This document shows, in pieces, positions 40,591 through 50,614 of a DNA stretch of 64,000 bases (positions are counted from its first letter, which is position 1; the number at the start of each line of letters is the position of its first letter). The stretch is from the NCBI GenBank assembly GCA_019058445.1, contig JAHPZA010000003.1:607811-671810 (forward strand), in the 5' to 3' direction. Position numbers and translations under genes: made by a program. Under the pieces are notes generated by a model. It did not search any database, was not told the DNA's origin, and saw only the letters and a program-made list of their open reading frames with translations. Source of the stretch: Promethearchaeota archaeon. Its GTDB lineage: Archaea; Asgardarchaeota; Lokiarchaeia; Sigyniarchaeales; SOKP01.

Positions 40591-41232
40591 TTAAGCTTTT
40601 ATTGCATAAATTCCTTGAGCACCCAGCCATGCAATAATAGCAAAAAAAGCTAACCATTCAGTAAAAACAGTCAATTCCCTGCTGAATTCAGGATATAAAC
40701 TCAATAGGAAATAAAATGATAAAAATAGAAAACTTAAGGGAGCCAATATAAATCCTGATATTGAAAGTTTTCTTGGAAACTCTTGAATTAAATATTCTGT
40801 AATTCCAAATAAAATCAAAACAAAAAAGTTTCCAAAAAAGAATAATGTCGCACCTAACCTATGCAATTCAAGTTCTGCATCAGCGGTAAAAACTAATACT
40901 AATATAGCGCCAACTGATGCTATGAAACCTGATAATAATGATATTAAAGCTAATATTTGATTTCCTCCCCTCTTCTCTAAAAATCGCATTAAATAAAGAA
41001 AAAAGAAATTATAAAAAATTGTTGAAATAACCACTCCAGTTTTATATACAATATCGGAGTTATTTGGTCCGTGTCCTAAATCACTAATGTAATTCGAGAA
41101 TAAATTAAAGCTTGGATCTACTTGCATAAATAATATAACAGCAATTAATTTTGTTAGTAAAGAAATTCCAATTCCAATAAAAATAAAATAACTACCATTA
41201 AATTTCTCATAAAAATTGTCTACTTTTTCCAT
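40591..41232 (-). CDS. DUF998-like membrane protein
   Basis: NYISDLG, LHRLGA, TEWLAF; ~6 TMs. Confidence 0.75.
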   Translation of the reverse strand: MEKVDNFYEKFNGSYFIFIGIGISLLTKLIAVILFMQVDPSFNLFSNYISDLGHGPNNSDIVYKTGVVISTIFYNFFFLYLMRFLEKRGGNQILALISLLSGFIASVGAILVLVFTADAELELHRLGATLFFFGNFFVLILFGITEYLIQEFPRKLSISGFILAPLSFLFLSFYFLLSLYPEFSRELTVFTEWLAFFAIIAWLGAQGIYAIKA

Positions 41233-41379
41233 AACTTCATAAATGTAATATTTTTTTGGAAAGTTAAAATCTCAATTTATAACCAGCTAGTTAAAAATCA
41301 GCTGTGTTGTATTTAAAATTTTTCACAACAAGATAACTCATAGATTAAAAAAGAGCTATAACATTACTAAATTAGAGTT

Positions 41380-41640
41380 TTATTCCATCAAATTATTAAT
41401 GGTTTTGCTAAATTCTTTAATAGCATTTGAAAATTCTTTCCTTAAAATGCTTTTAAAGAGAGGATCTCTCTTTTCAAATGGAATAGACTCTTCTCCAGTA
41501 TAAATATCTCCTGGATGCAAATGTTTAACTAATCCTGAAAATGGAACTGTGAATCCTGAACCTTGAACTTGGAATGAGAAAACTCTATCCAAATTTTTAG
41601 AAGGACGTTTGCTCTTATCTTTTAACGTTTGTAGGCTCAT
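41380..41640 (-). CDS. Small hypothetical protein
   Basis: 86-aa ORF with GAGTGA upstream. Confidence 0.55.
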   Translation of the reverse strand: MSLQTLKDKSKRPSKNLDRVFSFQVQGSGFTVPFSGLVKHLHPGDIYTGEESIPFEKRDPLFKSILRKEFSNAIKEFSKTINNLME

Positions 41641-41767
41641 TTTTTAAATCACTCAAATCTATATTATTTTTTATGTTCTCTATCCCGTTAATTCGATAAA
41701 TTATCTTTTTTACTATATTCTTCCAAATGCCTTATCCTAATAATGATAAAAATAAATTTGAAAGTGA

Positions 41768-41980
41768 GTGATATCTAAATATCACGAAAATAGAAATTAA
41801 GAGAAATGATAGTCACCATCACATCAAATTTAGAAAAATGAACACCCCGCTCACTATCTTCTTCGCAGAATCGATGTGACGTGACTATCAATAATAGTGT
41901 AGTTTTTATACTTTAAAAAGAAAAATAGTGCCTTGGTTTATGTACGCACAAAATTTAAAGACTTTTACTCATGTGCGTAC
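41768..41980. repeat. Cluster of inverted repeats (7-bp hairpin, 18/19-nt long stem, 9-bp arms)
   Basis: GTGATAT/ATATCAC 41768-41785; TGATAGTCACCATCACATC 41807-41825 vs GATGTGACGTGACTATCA 41873-41890; GTACGCACA 41942-41950 vs TGTGCGTAC 41972-41980. Confidence 0.7.
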
Positions 41981-42033
41981 GTCAGACAAGAATGATAAAA
42001 AATTTTAAAAGTAAACACAATTACTGTATCAAT

Positions 42034-42519
42034 ATGAATGAGAATGGTAGCGAAAGTAAGGTCACGGTATCATTTAAGAGGTCTGATTGGGAAGAGGTCA
42101 ACACTCTACTAGAAAAAGAAGCTAAAAAAAAGGATCGCATACACTTCAGAATAGAAGAACATGAAAAAACACAGTGGGAAGAATTTGTTGATGATAATCC
42201 AGAATATGAGAGCATGACCGATTTAATTTTAAAATCTGTTCGCAAAATCGTCACTCCCAAAAAGCTGCGAGGAAGTTTGAAATCTCGGAATCCGATAGAA
42301 GAGCGTTTTTTAAGCCTCTGGGGCATTAAAAGAATAAATAAGGAAATTAGTAATAGCGTGCTTAAAACTGAAAAACATGTGAAAAAAATTAACCAAGTGG
42401 TTATGGACTCAAATATCCCTGACGACCTTACCGTTGACATGATGATCCAAAAAATCCAGCAAAATAATATTGAGAACTTATACTTGAGCGCGATAATTAA
42501 GAAAAAAATGCAAAATTGA
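42034..42519 (+). CDS. Ribbon-helix-helix-like DNA-binding protein
   Basis: RIHFRIEEHEKTQWEEFV...SMTDLILKSVR RHH pattern; start at 42034 preferred over track start 41971, which lies in the inverted repeat. Confidence 0.6.
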   Translation: MNENGSESKVTVSFKRSDWEEVNTLLEKEAKKKDRIHFRIEEHEKTQWEEFVDDNPEYESMTDLILKSVRKIVTPKKLRGSLKSRNPIEERFLSLWGIKRINKEISNSVLKTEKHVKKINQVVMDSNIPDDLTVDMMIQKIQQNNIENLYLSAIIKKKMQN

Positions 42520-42908
42520 TGTGAAACATTAAAAAAAAATAGGAAAATTAAAGTCATTTACTTACATGAACAAGTTTATAATTCATTCTTCGCAAAGCTT
42601 ATTTTATTTAACAGTACCATTAAATTATTCAAAATCCAATACCCTCCTTTTGTTTATAAAATCTGTGAATAAATGGGTAATCCGTTGTGATTTATATATT
42701 CGTAAGTGACTTACATAAATTAGACCCCATTCACTATTTAATCATTTATTAAGGTTAGAAATCGTGATTTATACTATTATATATTTAAACTCCACGAATT
42801 CATTTAGACATACACTAACCAAAAGATAAAAATCCTAAAATCATCACCTCCCAAGTGAGTGGGGTTTTTTTAGAAATTCTTAAAATTTTTAAAAATCAAA
42901 ATTAAAAT

Positions 42909-45149
42909 ATGGAAGATTTTATAGAAATTGCTAAAAATGCTTTTCCTCTAATGGACGGAATTGAAAAAGTGGGGAGTCTTCGAAATGAAGTAAAAATCTT
43001 ATGGGATACATTTGGAGTCCCTCATATATATGCTAAAACTCCAGAGGATGCCTATTTCGCGCAGGGATATGTTCATGCTCGCCACCGATTGTTCCAAATG
43101 GAATTATTTCGACGTATAATAACTGGAGAACTTTCAGAAATAAATGGCGAAGAGAGCCTTGACAGTGATAAGCATTATAAAATAATTGGATTACATCGAT
43201 TAGCGAAAAATAGTGCAAAAAGAATTCGACAGAACCCAGAAACTGACTTGTTTCGTCAATTAGAAGCTTATAGAAATGGTGTGAATGCTGGAATAGCGAA
43301 AGCTAGAATTCGTCCGCCCATAGAATTTGCTGCTTTAAAGTTGGAAATTAAGGATTGGAAAATTGAGGATTCACTTAAAGTTCTGACTTTTATGGATTGG
43401 GGTCAAAGTACTTGGAACTATCCAATGGAAATATTACGTGAACAATTAATTAATAAATTAGGAAGTGATATGGCAGATAAACTCATTCCTCTCTATTTTG
43501 GGGCAAGTGTTTCAAATTCGATTGGGAGTAGTAGCTGGGTTGTAAGTCCACATAAATCTGAAACAAATTCAGTTCTTTTTGCGAATGACCCCCACCTTCC
43601 ACTTACCCTTCCAGCAATCTGGTTTTTAGTCCATTTACACTATCCCAAATTCAATTGTAGTGGGGCGTCCTTTCCTGGAATCCCTTTAATAGTTATAGGA
43701 CATAATGAACATATAGCATTCGGTTTAACTAATGTACATTCTGATACAATTGACTTATTTAAACTTGAATTAAATCCTGAAGATAATGAACAATATAAAT
43801 ATAACGGACAATGGATAGATTTTGAATTTCTTGAAGACCCTATTAAGATAAAAGATACCGATCCCTTACCGTTTAAAATACTTATATCAAAGTTCGGACC
43901 CGTTGTGAAATATTTCGAAAGAGACGATAAGTTATATAAGATACCACTTCCCGGTACATATTCTCTCCGCTGGTCTGGTTTTGGAGCTCACATCGAGGAT
44001 TCTTTTGAGGCATTCATGAAAGTAAATGCGGCTCCAAATTGGAAGGAATTTCGGGAGGGCATGAAATTATTAACAATCAATCCAATAAATTTTGCTTATG
44101 GAGATGTACATGGAAACATAGGACTCCAGCATGGAGGAAAGATCCCGGTACGGAGATATGGAGATGGCGCAACTATTACTCCCGGAACGGACGAGAAATA
44201 TAATTGGGAACGTCTTTCAAATTTTGAAGAGATGGTTTCACTTTTCAATCCTGATTGCGGTTATATATTTAATGCAAATTTTAACGAGGATAAAGCTCCT
44301 AAAGGACTAATCCTTGCTCAAGATACTGATGAACCTTATAGACACAGAAGGTTAAAAAGTATTTTTCCATTTAAAGAAAAATTTTCATTTCAGGATTTTA
44401 TTGATCTTCAACTTGACCAAAGAAGTGAAGAAGCCGCAGAAATTTTACCTATAATATTAAACAACTTAAAGCTAAGCAAAATCCCTGAGAAGTATTCTGA
44501 CATTATCTCTATTTTAGAGAATTGGGACTTTCATTTGACGAGACACAGTGTCGCTGCCGCATTTTATAAAGTGTGGTTTTTAAAGATTCAGCAAGCTATC
44601 CTTAAGCCTCTTATTGGAGAAGACATCTTAAATCCATTTTTAGGGAGTGTTTCCTTTGAATTGCCACGATTATTTAAATTATACGAAACCAAGCCTTCTG
44701 AACTCGCAGAGCTGCTGTTAAATACATTCCAACTTACAGTAGAATTTCTATCAAAAAATTTTTCTCAAGATTACTCTAAATGGAAATGGGGGAATATCCA
44801 TAAACTAACATTGGTTCACCCTTTTTCTCTTGCTGATGAAGAAGCCAATATCTTAAACATCGGCCCTTATAAAATTGGAGGAGATAGAAATACCTTAAAC
44901 AATGCGTATTCTGATCCTTTAAATCCGTTTGATACCCTCGTCGGACCGTCTTACCGTCAAATCCATGACATGTCAGATTGGGATAAATCGATTTGCATAC
45001 TTCCCGGCGGGCAATCTGGCCTTCCATTTCACAAGCATTATAATGATTTAATTAAGCTTTACGTGAAAGGAAAATATATCCCAATGTTATTCACTAAAGA
45101 AGCTATATCAAAGAACTTAGAGGGAATCCTGAAACTTCAACCTAAATAA
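42909..45149 (+). CDS. Penicillin acylase family Ntn-hydrolase
   Basis: DTFGVPHIYA, QGYVHA.HRLFQME, GSSSWVV..ANDPHL, GPSYR, PGGQSG. Confidence 0.92.
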   Translation: MEDFIEIAKNAFPLMDGIEKVGSLRNEVKILWDTFGVPHIYAKTPEDAYFAQGYVHARHRLFQMELFRRIITGELSEINGEESLDSDKHYKIIGLHRLAKNSAKRIRQNPETDLFRQLEAYRNGVNAGIAKARIRPPIEFAALKLEIKDWKIEDSLKVLTFMDWGQSTWNYPMEILREQLINKLGSDMADKLIPLYFGASVSNSIGSSSWVVSPHKSETNSVLFANDPHLPLTLPAIWFLVHLHYPKFNCSGASFPGIPLIVIGHNEHIAFGLTNVHSDTIDLFKLELNPEDNEQYKYNGQWIDFEFLEDPIKIKDTDPLPFKILISKFGPVVKYFERDDKLYKIPLPGTYSLRWSGFGAHIEDSFEAFMKVNAAPNWKEFREGMKLLTINPINFAYGDVHGNIGLQHGGKIPVRRYGDGATITPGTDEKYNWERLSNFEEMVSLFNPDCGYIFNANFNEDKAPKGLILAQDTDEPYRHRRLKSIFPFKEKFSFQDFIDLQLDQRSEEAAEILPIILNNLKLSKIPEKYSDIISILENWDFHLTRHSVAAAFYKVWFLKIQQAILKPLIGEDILNPFLGSVSFELPRLFKLYETKPSELAELLLNTFQLTVEFLSKNFSQDYSKWKWGNIHKLTLVHPFSLADEEANILNIGPYKIGGDRNTLNNAYSDPLNPFDTLVGPSYRQIHDMSDWDKSICILPGGQSGLPFHKHYNDLIKLYVKGKYIPMLFTKEAISKNLEGILKLQPK

Positions 45150-45176
45150 ATACAAAAAATAAAATAAAAAAAATTT

Positions 45177-46076
45177 TTATGAATTAATATTTCTAGGTTT
45201 AGAGCGCCATGCCAACATGATTATAATTGAAATCATGAAAAGAAATATTGAAAAAGCAAGCAATCCTATCGAGAGCATGGATATTGAAAGAATTCCGTTG
45301 TTCATGATAGGGGGAAAATCGCATAAACCCGATAATTGACGCAAAACAAAAAGTACAGAAAATGCCACTAAAATAAGGCCGTTTATAATGAGGTATGCTT
45401 GCTCCTTATTTTCTTTAATTCCGCGGATGTCACCAGGAGATTTATCCCATTTTACAAAAGATACTAGGGCCTCTCGCACATTAGAGCCTTCAGGTACAAC
45501 ATCGCAGAATAAATGCAGCGCCGCTCCGACAGTCAAACCGAATAAAAGCATACATACTGGCAGTAGAATTGTACTCGTGAAAAAAATACAAACGATAGCA
45601 ACAGTACTGGGGATAATAGCCGAATGCGTCCATTTATTTCTATGATTTTCTATCCCGAGCATTAAATCTGAATCTGGCAGTATAGATCCGATATAGGAAA
45701 ATAGAAACCCAGTCATTATCACAGCCTCATCAAAATTATCTAACCTATTTAAAGCCCTCATTGAATGAAAATAAATCAAAGAAACAAGCGCTATAAGCAA
45801 AAATACTACGGAAACTTCTCTTGTTGCCAAATAAGACTTTCGCATCTTTTTTTTTTGTTTTTTCGAAATATTATTTTTTCCTTTTAAAGCCTTATATTCC
45901 CGTTCCTTTCTAGACGAGCGCGTCTGAAAAGTTATCGAAATAAAAGTTGCAACAGATGCAATAATAATCGCCCTGAAATCTCCTACGGGATAAAAGATTG
46001 ATGTTACCATTAACATTGCCACAATAAACGCACTCGCACTCCAAATATAATGGGCGTAACCTTTCATAAAATACAA
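45177..46076 (-). CDS. Membrane metal-dependent hydrolase (YdjM-like)
   Basis: LPDSD, HRNKWTHS, LHLFCD in a multi-TM protein. Confidence 0.7.
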   Translation of the reverse strand: MYFMKGYAHYIWSASAFIVAMLMVTSIFYPVGDFRAIIIASVATFISITFQTRSSRKEREYKALKGKNNISKKQKKKMRKSYLATREVSVVFLLIALVSLIYFHSMRALNRLDNFDEAVIMTGFLFSYIGSILPDSDLMLGIENHRNKWTHSAIIPSTVAIVCIFFTSTILLPVCMLLFGLTVGAALHLFCDVVPEGSNVREALVSFVKWDKSPGDIRGIKENKEQAYLIINGLILVAFSVLFVLRQLSGLCDFPPIMNNGILSISMLSIGLLAFSIFLFMISIIIMLAWRSKPRNINS

Positions 46077-46236
46077 ATCCGTAAATAAGCATAAAAACCT
46101 AGTGGAAATCTATTGTTAATCCATTATTAGGAGGTAATTTATTATGAAAGTAAAAGTGAACTTTCTTATGTGTAAGAAGGTTATTAAACTTAATTTGATG
46201 TTGATTATTAATTCAATACGAAATAATGTGAGATAA

Positions 46237-47619
46237 TTGTCGGTTAAATCAGATGGTATAGTTGAAGTCGAAACATCAACTTCAATGAAGAATGTACTTT
46301 TATGGGCTATGTTCGACTTAGCTAACACGATATATTCTATGGTAATAATTAGCTTAATTATTTTTCGGTATATAGCAGTTATTGGTCAAAAAGAGCATGG
46401 ATTAACTTATGGGCAGGCTAGTCTTATTTTTGGACTTGCTCAAGGCATCATGCAAGCTGGATTAACTCTTTTAGTTCCTATTATAGGTGCCTTTAGTGAT
46501 AATGCAGGAAAACGGAAACCCTTCGTAATCAGCTTGGGAGGTTTAACTCTTTTATTTGCTTCATTGCTAGGTTTTTTTCATGATATTACTGTTGTGTTGA
46601 TATTTTATATCCTTTCGAACATTGCCTATCAGTGTAGTTTGATTTTTTACGATGCTATGATTCCATTTATCGCAAGTAAAGAGGATATTGGTAAGGTTTC
46701 TGGATTTGGGGTCGCGTGGGGATATTTAGGAACAATTATTTCTTTAATTGTTTTATTGCCATTGATGTTCATGTGGGGTGATGTGGTAAGTGATCCTAAT
46801 CAAGGAACTGTTTCTTATGGATATACCGGGTATTGGATAACGTTTGTTTTGCCAATGATTCTATTTTTAGTTTTAGGAATTCCATTCATATTTGTTCGTG
46901 AAAAACAAAGAACAGAAAAAGTTCCCCCACTACGTAAGGTAATTGCGGACTCCATTAAACAATTAAGAAGCACATTTAAGGATATTAGAGCGCACAGACC
47001 GATGTTTATCTATCTTGTTGCCTATTTTTTAATATCCAACATCGCAAACACGTTAATTATTTACATGATGCCTCTGATTACGGATGGACTTATTATTGGC
47101 AGTCGAGGAAAAGCTTCCGATACCTTCGGCGTTATCTTTATCATAATCGCGACTGTTTCAGCTGTTTTATTTACGTATTTCGTAGGGCTCTTCGGAGAAA
47201 AATTCGGTCCAAAAAAGGGCTTTTATTTCGTGGGTGCGTTATGGGGTATTACGTTGGGAATGGGAGTTATCTTAATCTTTAGTTTACCTTACATCGATAT
47301 TGGTTTCAACCTTCCATTTATCATGAGTATCATAATGGGCTTAATAGCGGGACCCGCGTTAGGAGGAACGTGGACGGTTAATCGTATCATGGTAACCAGA
47401 CTTTCCCCTAAAGAAAAATTCGGAGAATATTTCGGGTTTTCAGACATCAGTGGAAAAGTGTCGTCTTCCATCGGACCCATTATTTTTGGAGCTGTATTGC
47501 TCACGGCCGATGTGATCGGGAAATACGCCTGGGGATGGGCATTAATCGCGGTTGGAATTGTTATGCTAATTGGATTAATAGTTATTTCTTTTGTAGATGT
47601 CGAACAAGCTAAAAAATAA
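46237..47619 (+). CDS. MFS transporter (UMF1/ATG22-like)
   Basis: WAMFDLAN, GAFSDNAGKRK, GKVSGFG, GEYFGF. Confidence 0.88.
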   Translation: MSVKSDGIVEVETSTSMKNVLLWAMFDLANTIYSMVIISLIIFRYIAVIGQKEHGLTYGQASLIFGLAQGIMQAGLTLLVPIIGAFSDNAGKRKPFVISLGGLTLLFASLLGFFHDITVVLIFYILSNIAYQCSLIFYDAMIPFIASKEDIGKVSGFGVAWGYLGTIISLIVLLPLMFMWGDVVSDPNQGTVSYGYTGYWITFVLPMILFLVLGIPFIFVREKQRTEKVPPLRKVIADSIKQLRSTFKDIRAHRPMFIYLVAYFLISNIANTLIIYMMPLITDGLIIGSRGKASDTFGVIFIIIATVSAVLFTYFVGLFGEKFGPKKGFYFVGALWGITLGMGVILIFSLPYIDIGFNLPFIMSIIMGLIAGPALGGTWTVNRIMVTRLSPKEKFGEYFGFSDISGKVSSSIGPIIFGAVLLTADVIGKYAWGWALIAVGIVMLIGLIVISFVDVEQAKK

Positions 47620-47816
47620 TAATTAATTCTATTTTTTTCTTTTATTTTTTCTGTTGATCAACAATAAAACATTACTAATTAACTCAATATAATGACTATT
47701 TTATCCTTTATTTCATAACAAAACTTTTTACTCCCCTTTAATTTAGCTCTATAGATATTTGGGTTCATTAATATTGGTGATAAAGAATTACAACTTTAGA
47801 AAGCAAAGATTCTCCT

Positions 47817-49295
47817 GTGAGATCAAGGGAAGAAATTAGAAAGAGTAATATCCCTTTTCAGAGAGAAAATATTCCCTTTGAATATTTATTTAATCCCCGT
47901 GCTGTAGTAGTTGTTGGTGCTAGTAAGGGAAAAGATTGGGGCGGGGCTCATTATTTAGAAACTTTTAAAGAATATAAATTTCCCGGACCTGTATATCCAG
48001 TTAATCCTAAGTATGAGGGAGAAGAAATACATGGATTTAAGGTGCGTGGATCAATTTCTTCCTTACCAGATGATCCATCAATCGATGTCGGAATAGTGGC
48101 CGTTCCAGCTAAATTCACACCGCAAATAATTGAGGAACTAGGTCAAAAGGGCGTCCTTTTTGCACATATATTTTCAAGTGGATTTTCAGAACTAGGAGAA
48201 GAAGGAAAACAACTTGAATTAAAACTATTAGAAAAGGCAGAAAAGAACTATATTCGTATTCTCGGTCCTAATTGTATGGGAATATCCAACCCTAAAACTC
48301 GTATTTATTTTGCGCATAAACTCCCTTTGGTAAGTGGTTCTGTAGCTTTTATAAGTCAATCAGGCGGAAACGCCTATAGACATTTATATGCGGCTAGAAT
48401 AAAGGATTATCATTTTTCAAAAATAATTTCTCTCGGAAACCAAATAGATCTTGATATTATTGATTTCCTAAGGTACCTTCAATCTGATCCAGAAACTAAA
48501 GTAATTTCTATATATATTGAAGATATAAAAAGAAATGGTAATGAATTTGTACAACTACTAAAAGAAACCACAAAAGATAAACCAGTTATAATATGGAAGG
48601 GTGGTAAATTAGAAGCTGGAAATAGCGCAGTAAAAAGCCATACAGGGGGATTGGCAGGCAATATTGATATATGGAAATCTATGACATACCAAACTGGTGC
48701 TATTCTTATAAATAATTTCGAAGAGCTAATTGAAATGATTCAAACTTGTTTATTTTATAAAATTCCTGAAAATCTTGATACAGCCATCATTACTGGAGGA
48801 GGAGGTCCAGCAGTAGAGTTAACTGATGAGTGTGAAGCATTTGGGCTTAAAGTACCAAGGTTAACAAAAAAAGCCCAGAAAATGATAAATGAATTTATCC
48901 CTCAGGTAAATTCAAATCTTTCCAATCCATTAGAATTTGGTGCTCACGGAACTTATGAAAATATCGTCAAGGTTATGAAAATTCTTGATAAAGAACCCCA
49001 AATCTCCACTATACTGATGACAAACAATCTTGAATGGTATACTTCAGGAAATCTAAAAATCGAAGAGGCATCAAAGAGTTTTGCTGAAACATTATCACCA
49101 GACTCGAATAAAAATATTGTTAACATCTATAATCCAATTTGGGTAAGGAAAGAAACATTAGATATCGTAAATGAATTAATTTCAAAAATGAGAGATAATG
49201 GAATAATTGTTTACGATTCGGCTCAAGCAGCTGCTAAAAGCATTTATCGCTTATGGAGCTATGGAAATTATCTTAAAAATCAGGGATTAATTTAG
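47817..49295 (+). CDS. Acyl-CoA synthetase (NDP-forming) alpha-subunit-like
   Basis: VVGAS, YPVNP, GPNCMG, SQSGG, SHTGGLAG phospho-His, NPLE. Confidence 0.88.
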   Translation: MRSREEIRKSNIPFQRENIPFEYLFNPRAVVVVGASKGKDWGGAHYLETFKEYKFPGPVYPVNPKYEGEEIHGFKVRGSISSLPDDPSIDVGIVAVPAKFTPQIIEELGQKGVLFAHIFSSGFSELGEEGKQLELKLLEKAEKNYIRILGPNCMGISNPKTRIYFAHKLPLVSGSVAFISQSGGNAYRHLYAARIKDYHFSKIISLGNQIDLDIIDFLRYLQSDPETKVISIYIEDIKRNGNEFVQLLKETTKDKPVIIWKGGKLEAGNSAVKSHTGGLAGNIDIWKSMTYQTGAILINNFEELIEMIQTCLFYKIPENLDTAIITGGGGPAVELTDECEAFGLKVPRLTKKAQKMINEFIPQVNSNLSNPLEFGAHGTYENIVKVMKILDKEPQISTILMTNNLEWYTSGNLKIEEASKSFAETLSPDSNKNIVNIYNPIWVRKETLDIVNELISKMRDNGIIVYDSAQAAAKSIYRLWSYGNYLKNQGLI

Positions 49296-49310
49296 GCTAG
49301 AATAACTTAA

Positions 49311-49763
49311 TTATTTATTTTTAGAAATTAAACCATTCTCATAAGATAATTCTAAGCCAACGTTTAGCAGATCTTTTCTATGACCAAAAATCACGTTTTC
49401 TAATGTTCTTTCATTAACTTCTAAGATTTCCGCTAACTTGGCGGCACTAATTGAATTTATAGTTTCAAATAGTTCAGGTAATTGATTTATGATTTCTTTC
49501 TCTAATTGTTCTAATTCTTTTTTAATTGATAAACCCTTTGTTTCCGCTTGTACTTGTCTCCGTATTCCTGCTAAATCTATCCCCCACATTTTCATGATTC
49601 TCTCAGAATTTTGATTAATCCATTCCCTTATCATCTGATTTATCACTGATGAGAAAGAGCTAGCAATGACACCCTCTAAAGCTTCGATTACTTTAAAATC
49701 GATATCCTCTAAATTAACAGTTATTCGTTTTTTTTCAGTTTTTGAGTTTGTTTCGGGTGTCAT
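49311..49763 (-). CDS. Ribbon-helix-helix transcriptional regulator
   Basis: KRITVNLEDIDFKVIEAL...SFSSVINQMIREW; possible C-terminal HTH (SAAKLAEILEVNE). Confidence 0.7.
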   Translation of the reverse strand: MTPETNSKTEKKRITVNLEDIDFKVIEALEGVIASSFSSVINQMIREWINQNSERIMKMWGIDLAGIRRQVQAETKGLSIKKELEQLEKEIINQLPELFETINSISAAKLAEILEVNERTLENVIFGHRKDLLNVGLELSYENGLISKNK

Positions 49764-49850
49764 TGTAGAAAAAAATGTGTTTTATCTGTAAATGAGTATT
49801 CTAATCCTATTAAAACCTAAAAAACACAGGTATTTAAATCTTCCGAAATT

Positions 49851-49877
49851 TGCATCTTAGTGATGCATTATGCATCA
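49851..49877. promoter_or_regulatory. Triple TGCATC/GATGCA box operator between divergent promoters
   Basis: TGCATC-N5-GATGCA and a perfect TGATGCAT-T-ATGCATCA, between TTTAAAT(A/C) boxes at ~49833 and ~49880. Confidence 0.55.
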
Positions 49878-49948
49878 AGTTTAAATATGAGAATGATATT
49901 AAGTTACATATCTAAATATTATTCCCATAATATACTTCGAAAGGTGAT

Positions 49949-50605
49949 GTGTGTAAAATGTTAGAATTAGTTAATATCAAAAAGAAAAGGATAAATACAA
50001 AAGATCAGATCACCATCGATTTTCTTAAAGATGGACAAGAATTTTTAGAAGAGTTCGATATTGACTATGAAATCATTATGGATTGTGTGTCAATAATCTA
50101 TCGATTTCTTAAGAGGAACGACAAAATCCCGCACAATTTATATAAATTTTTTATTGCAGCATATTATATTGTATCTCGGCACCCACAAGCATTTCCTGCT
50201 CATGAATCGAAAAAAAAGTTTTGTAAGAAGTTTGGAATTCAACCGGGATCCTTAGATTATTCAGTAGAAAAACTGACATATGAATTAGATTTTAAAAAAA
50301 TCCTTGATGAAAAGAATTATCCCTATTTTATAGACTTAAAAGCTGATATAGGCTTTAAACTGGCTAAAAATATAATTAAGCAAGAAGTTGATAAGGCAAT
50401 GATGAATTTCTTAATAAACCACCAACCAATAAACTCTCAAATTCTCAGTGAAGAATTAATAACAACATTAGTCTTTGAAATGAATGTATTTCGTGAAGAA
50501 TTATTCGCCCAATTTTATGAAATAGTCCTCGAATTAGTTGAGAATTATCTCAGAGAATACTATGAATATATAGAATTACAGCAAAATTTCTTTATCAAAT
50601 TTTAA
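49949..50605 (+). CDS. Hypothetical protein with cyclin/TFIIB-like helical repeat
   Basis: FFIAAYYIVSR...KKFCKKFGI resembles TFB AAxLYIACR..KEIAEV. Confidence 0.55.
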   Translation: MCKMLELVNIKKKRINTKDQITIDFLKDGQEFLEEFDIDYEIIMDCVSIIYRFLKRNDKIPHNLYKFFIAAYYIVSRHPQAFPAHESKKKFCKKFGIQPGSLDYSVEKLTYELDFKKILDEKNYPYFIDLKADIGFKLAKNIIKQEVDKAMMNFLINHQPINSQILSEELITTLVFEMNVFREELFAQFYEIVLELVENYLREYYEYIELQQNFFIKF

Positions 50606-50614
50606 CATAAAAAA

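Noticed and set aside
42517-42672. TGA followed by TGT and ~50 open codons: possible selenocysteine readthrough
   Set aside because: The protein is not a redox enzyme, the extension is not protein-like, and I could not identify a SECIS; an open stretch this long can occur by chance.
42845-42870. CACCTCCCAAGTGAGTGGGG as an IS200/IS605 end or terminator
   Set aside because: Imperfect, single copy, no transposase or TnpB nearby.
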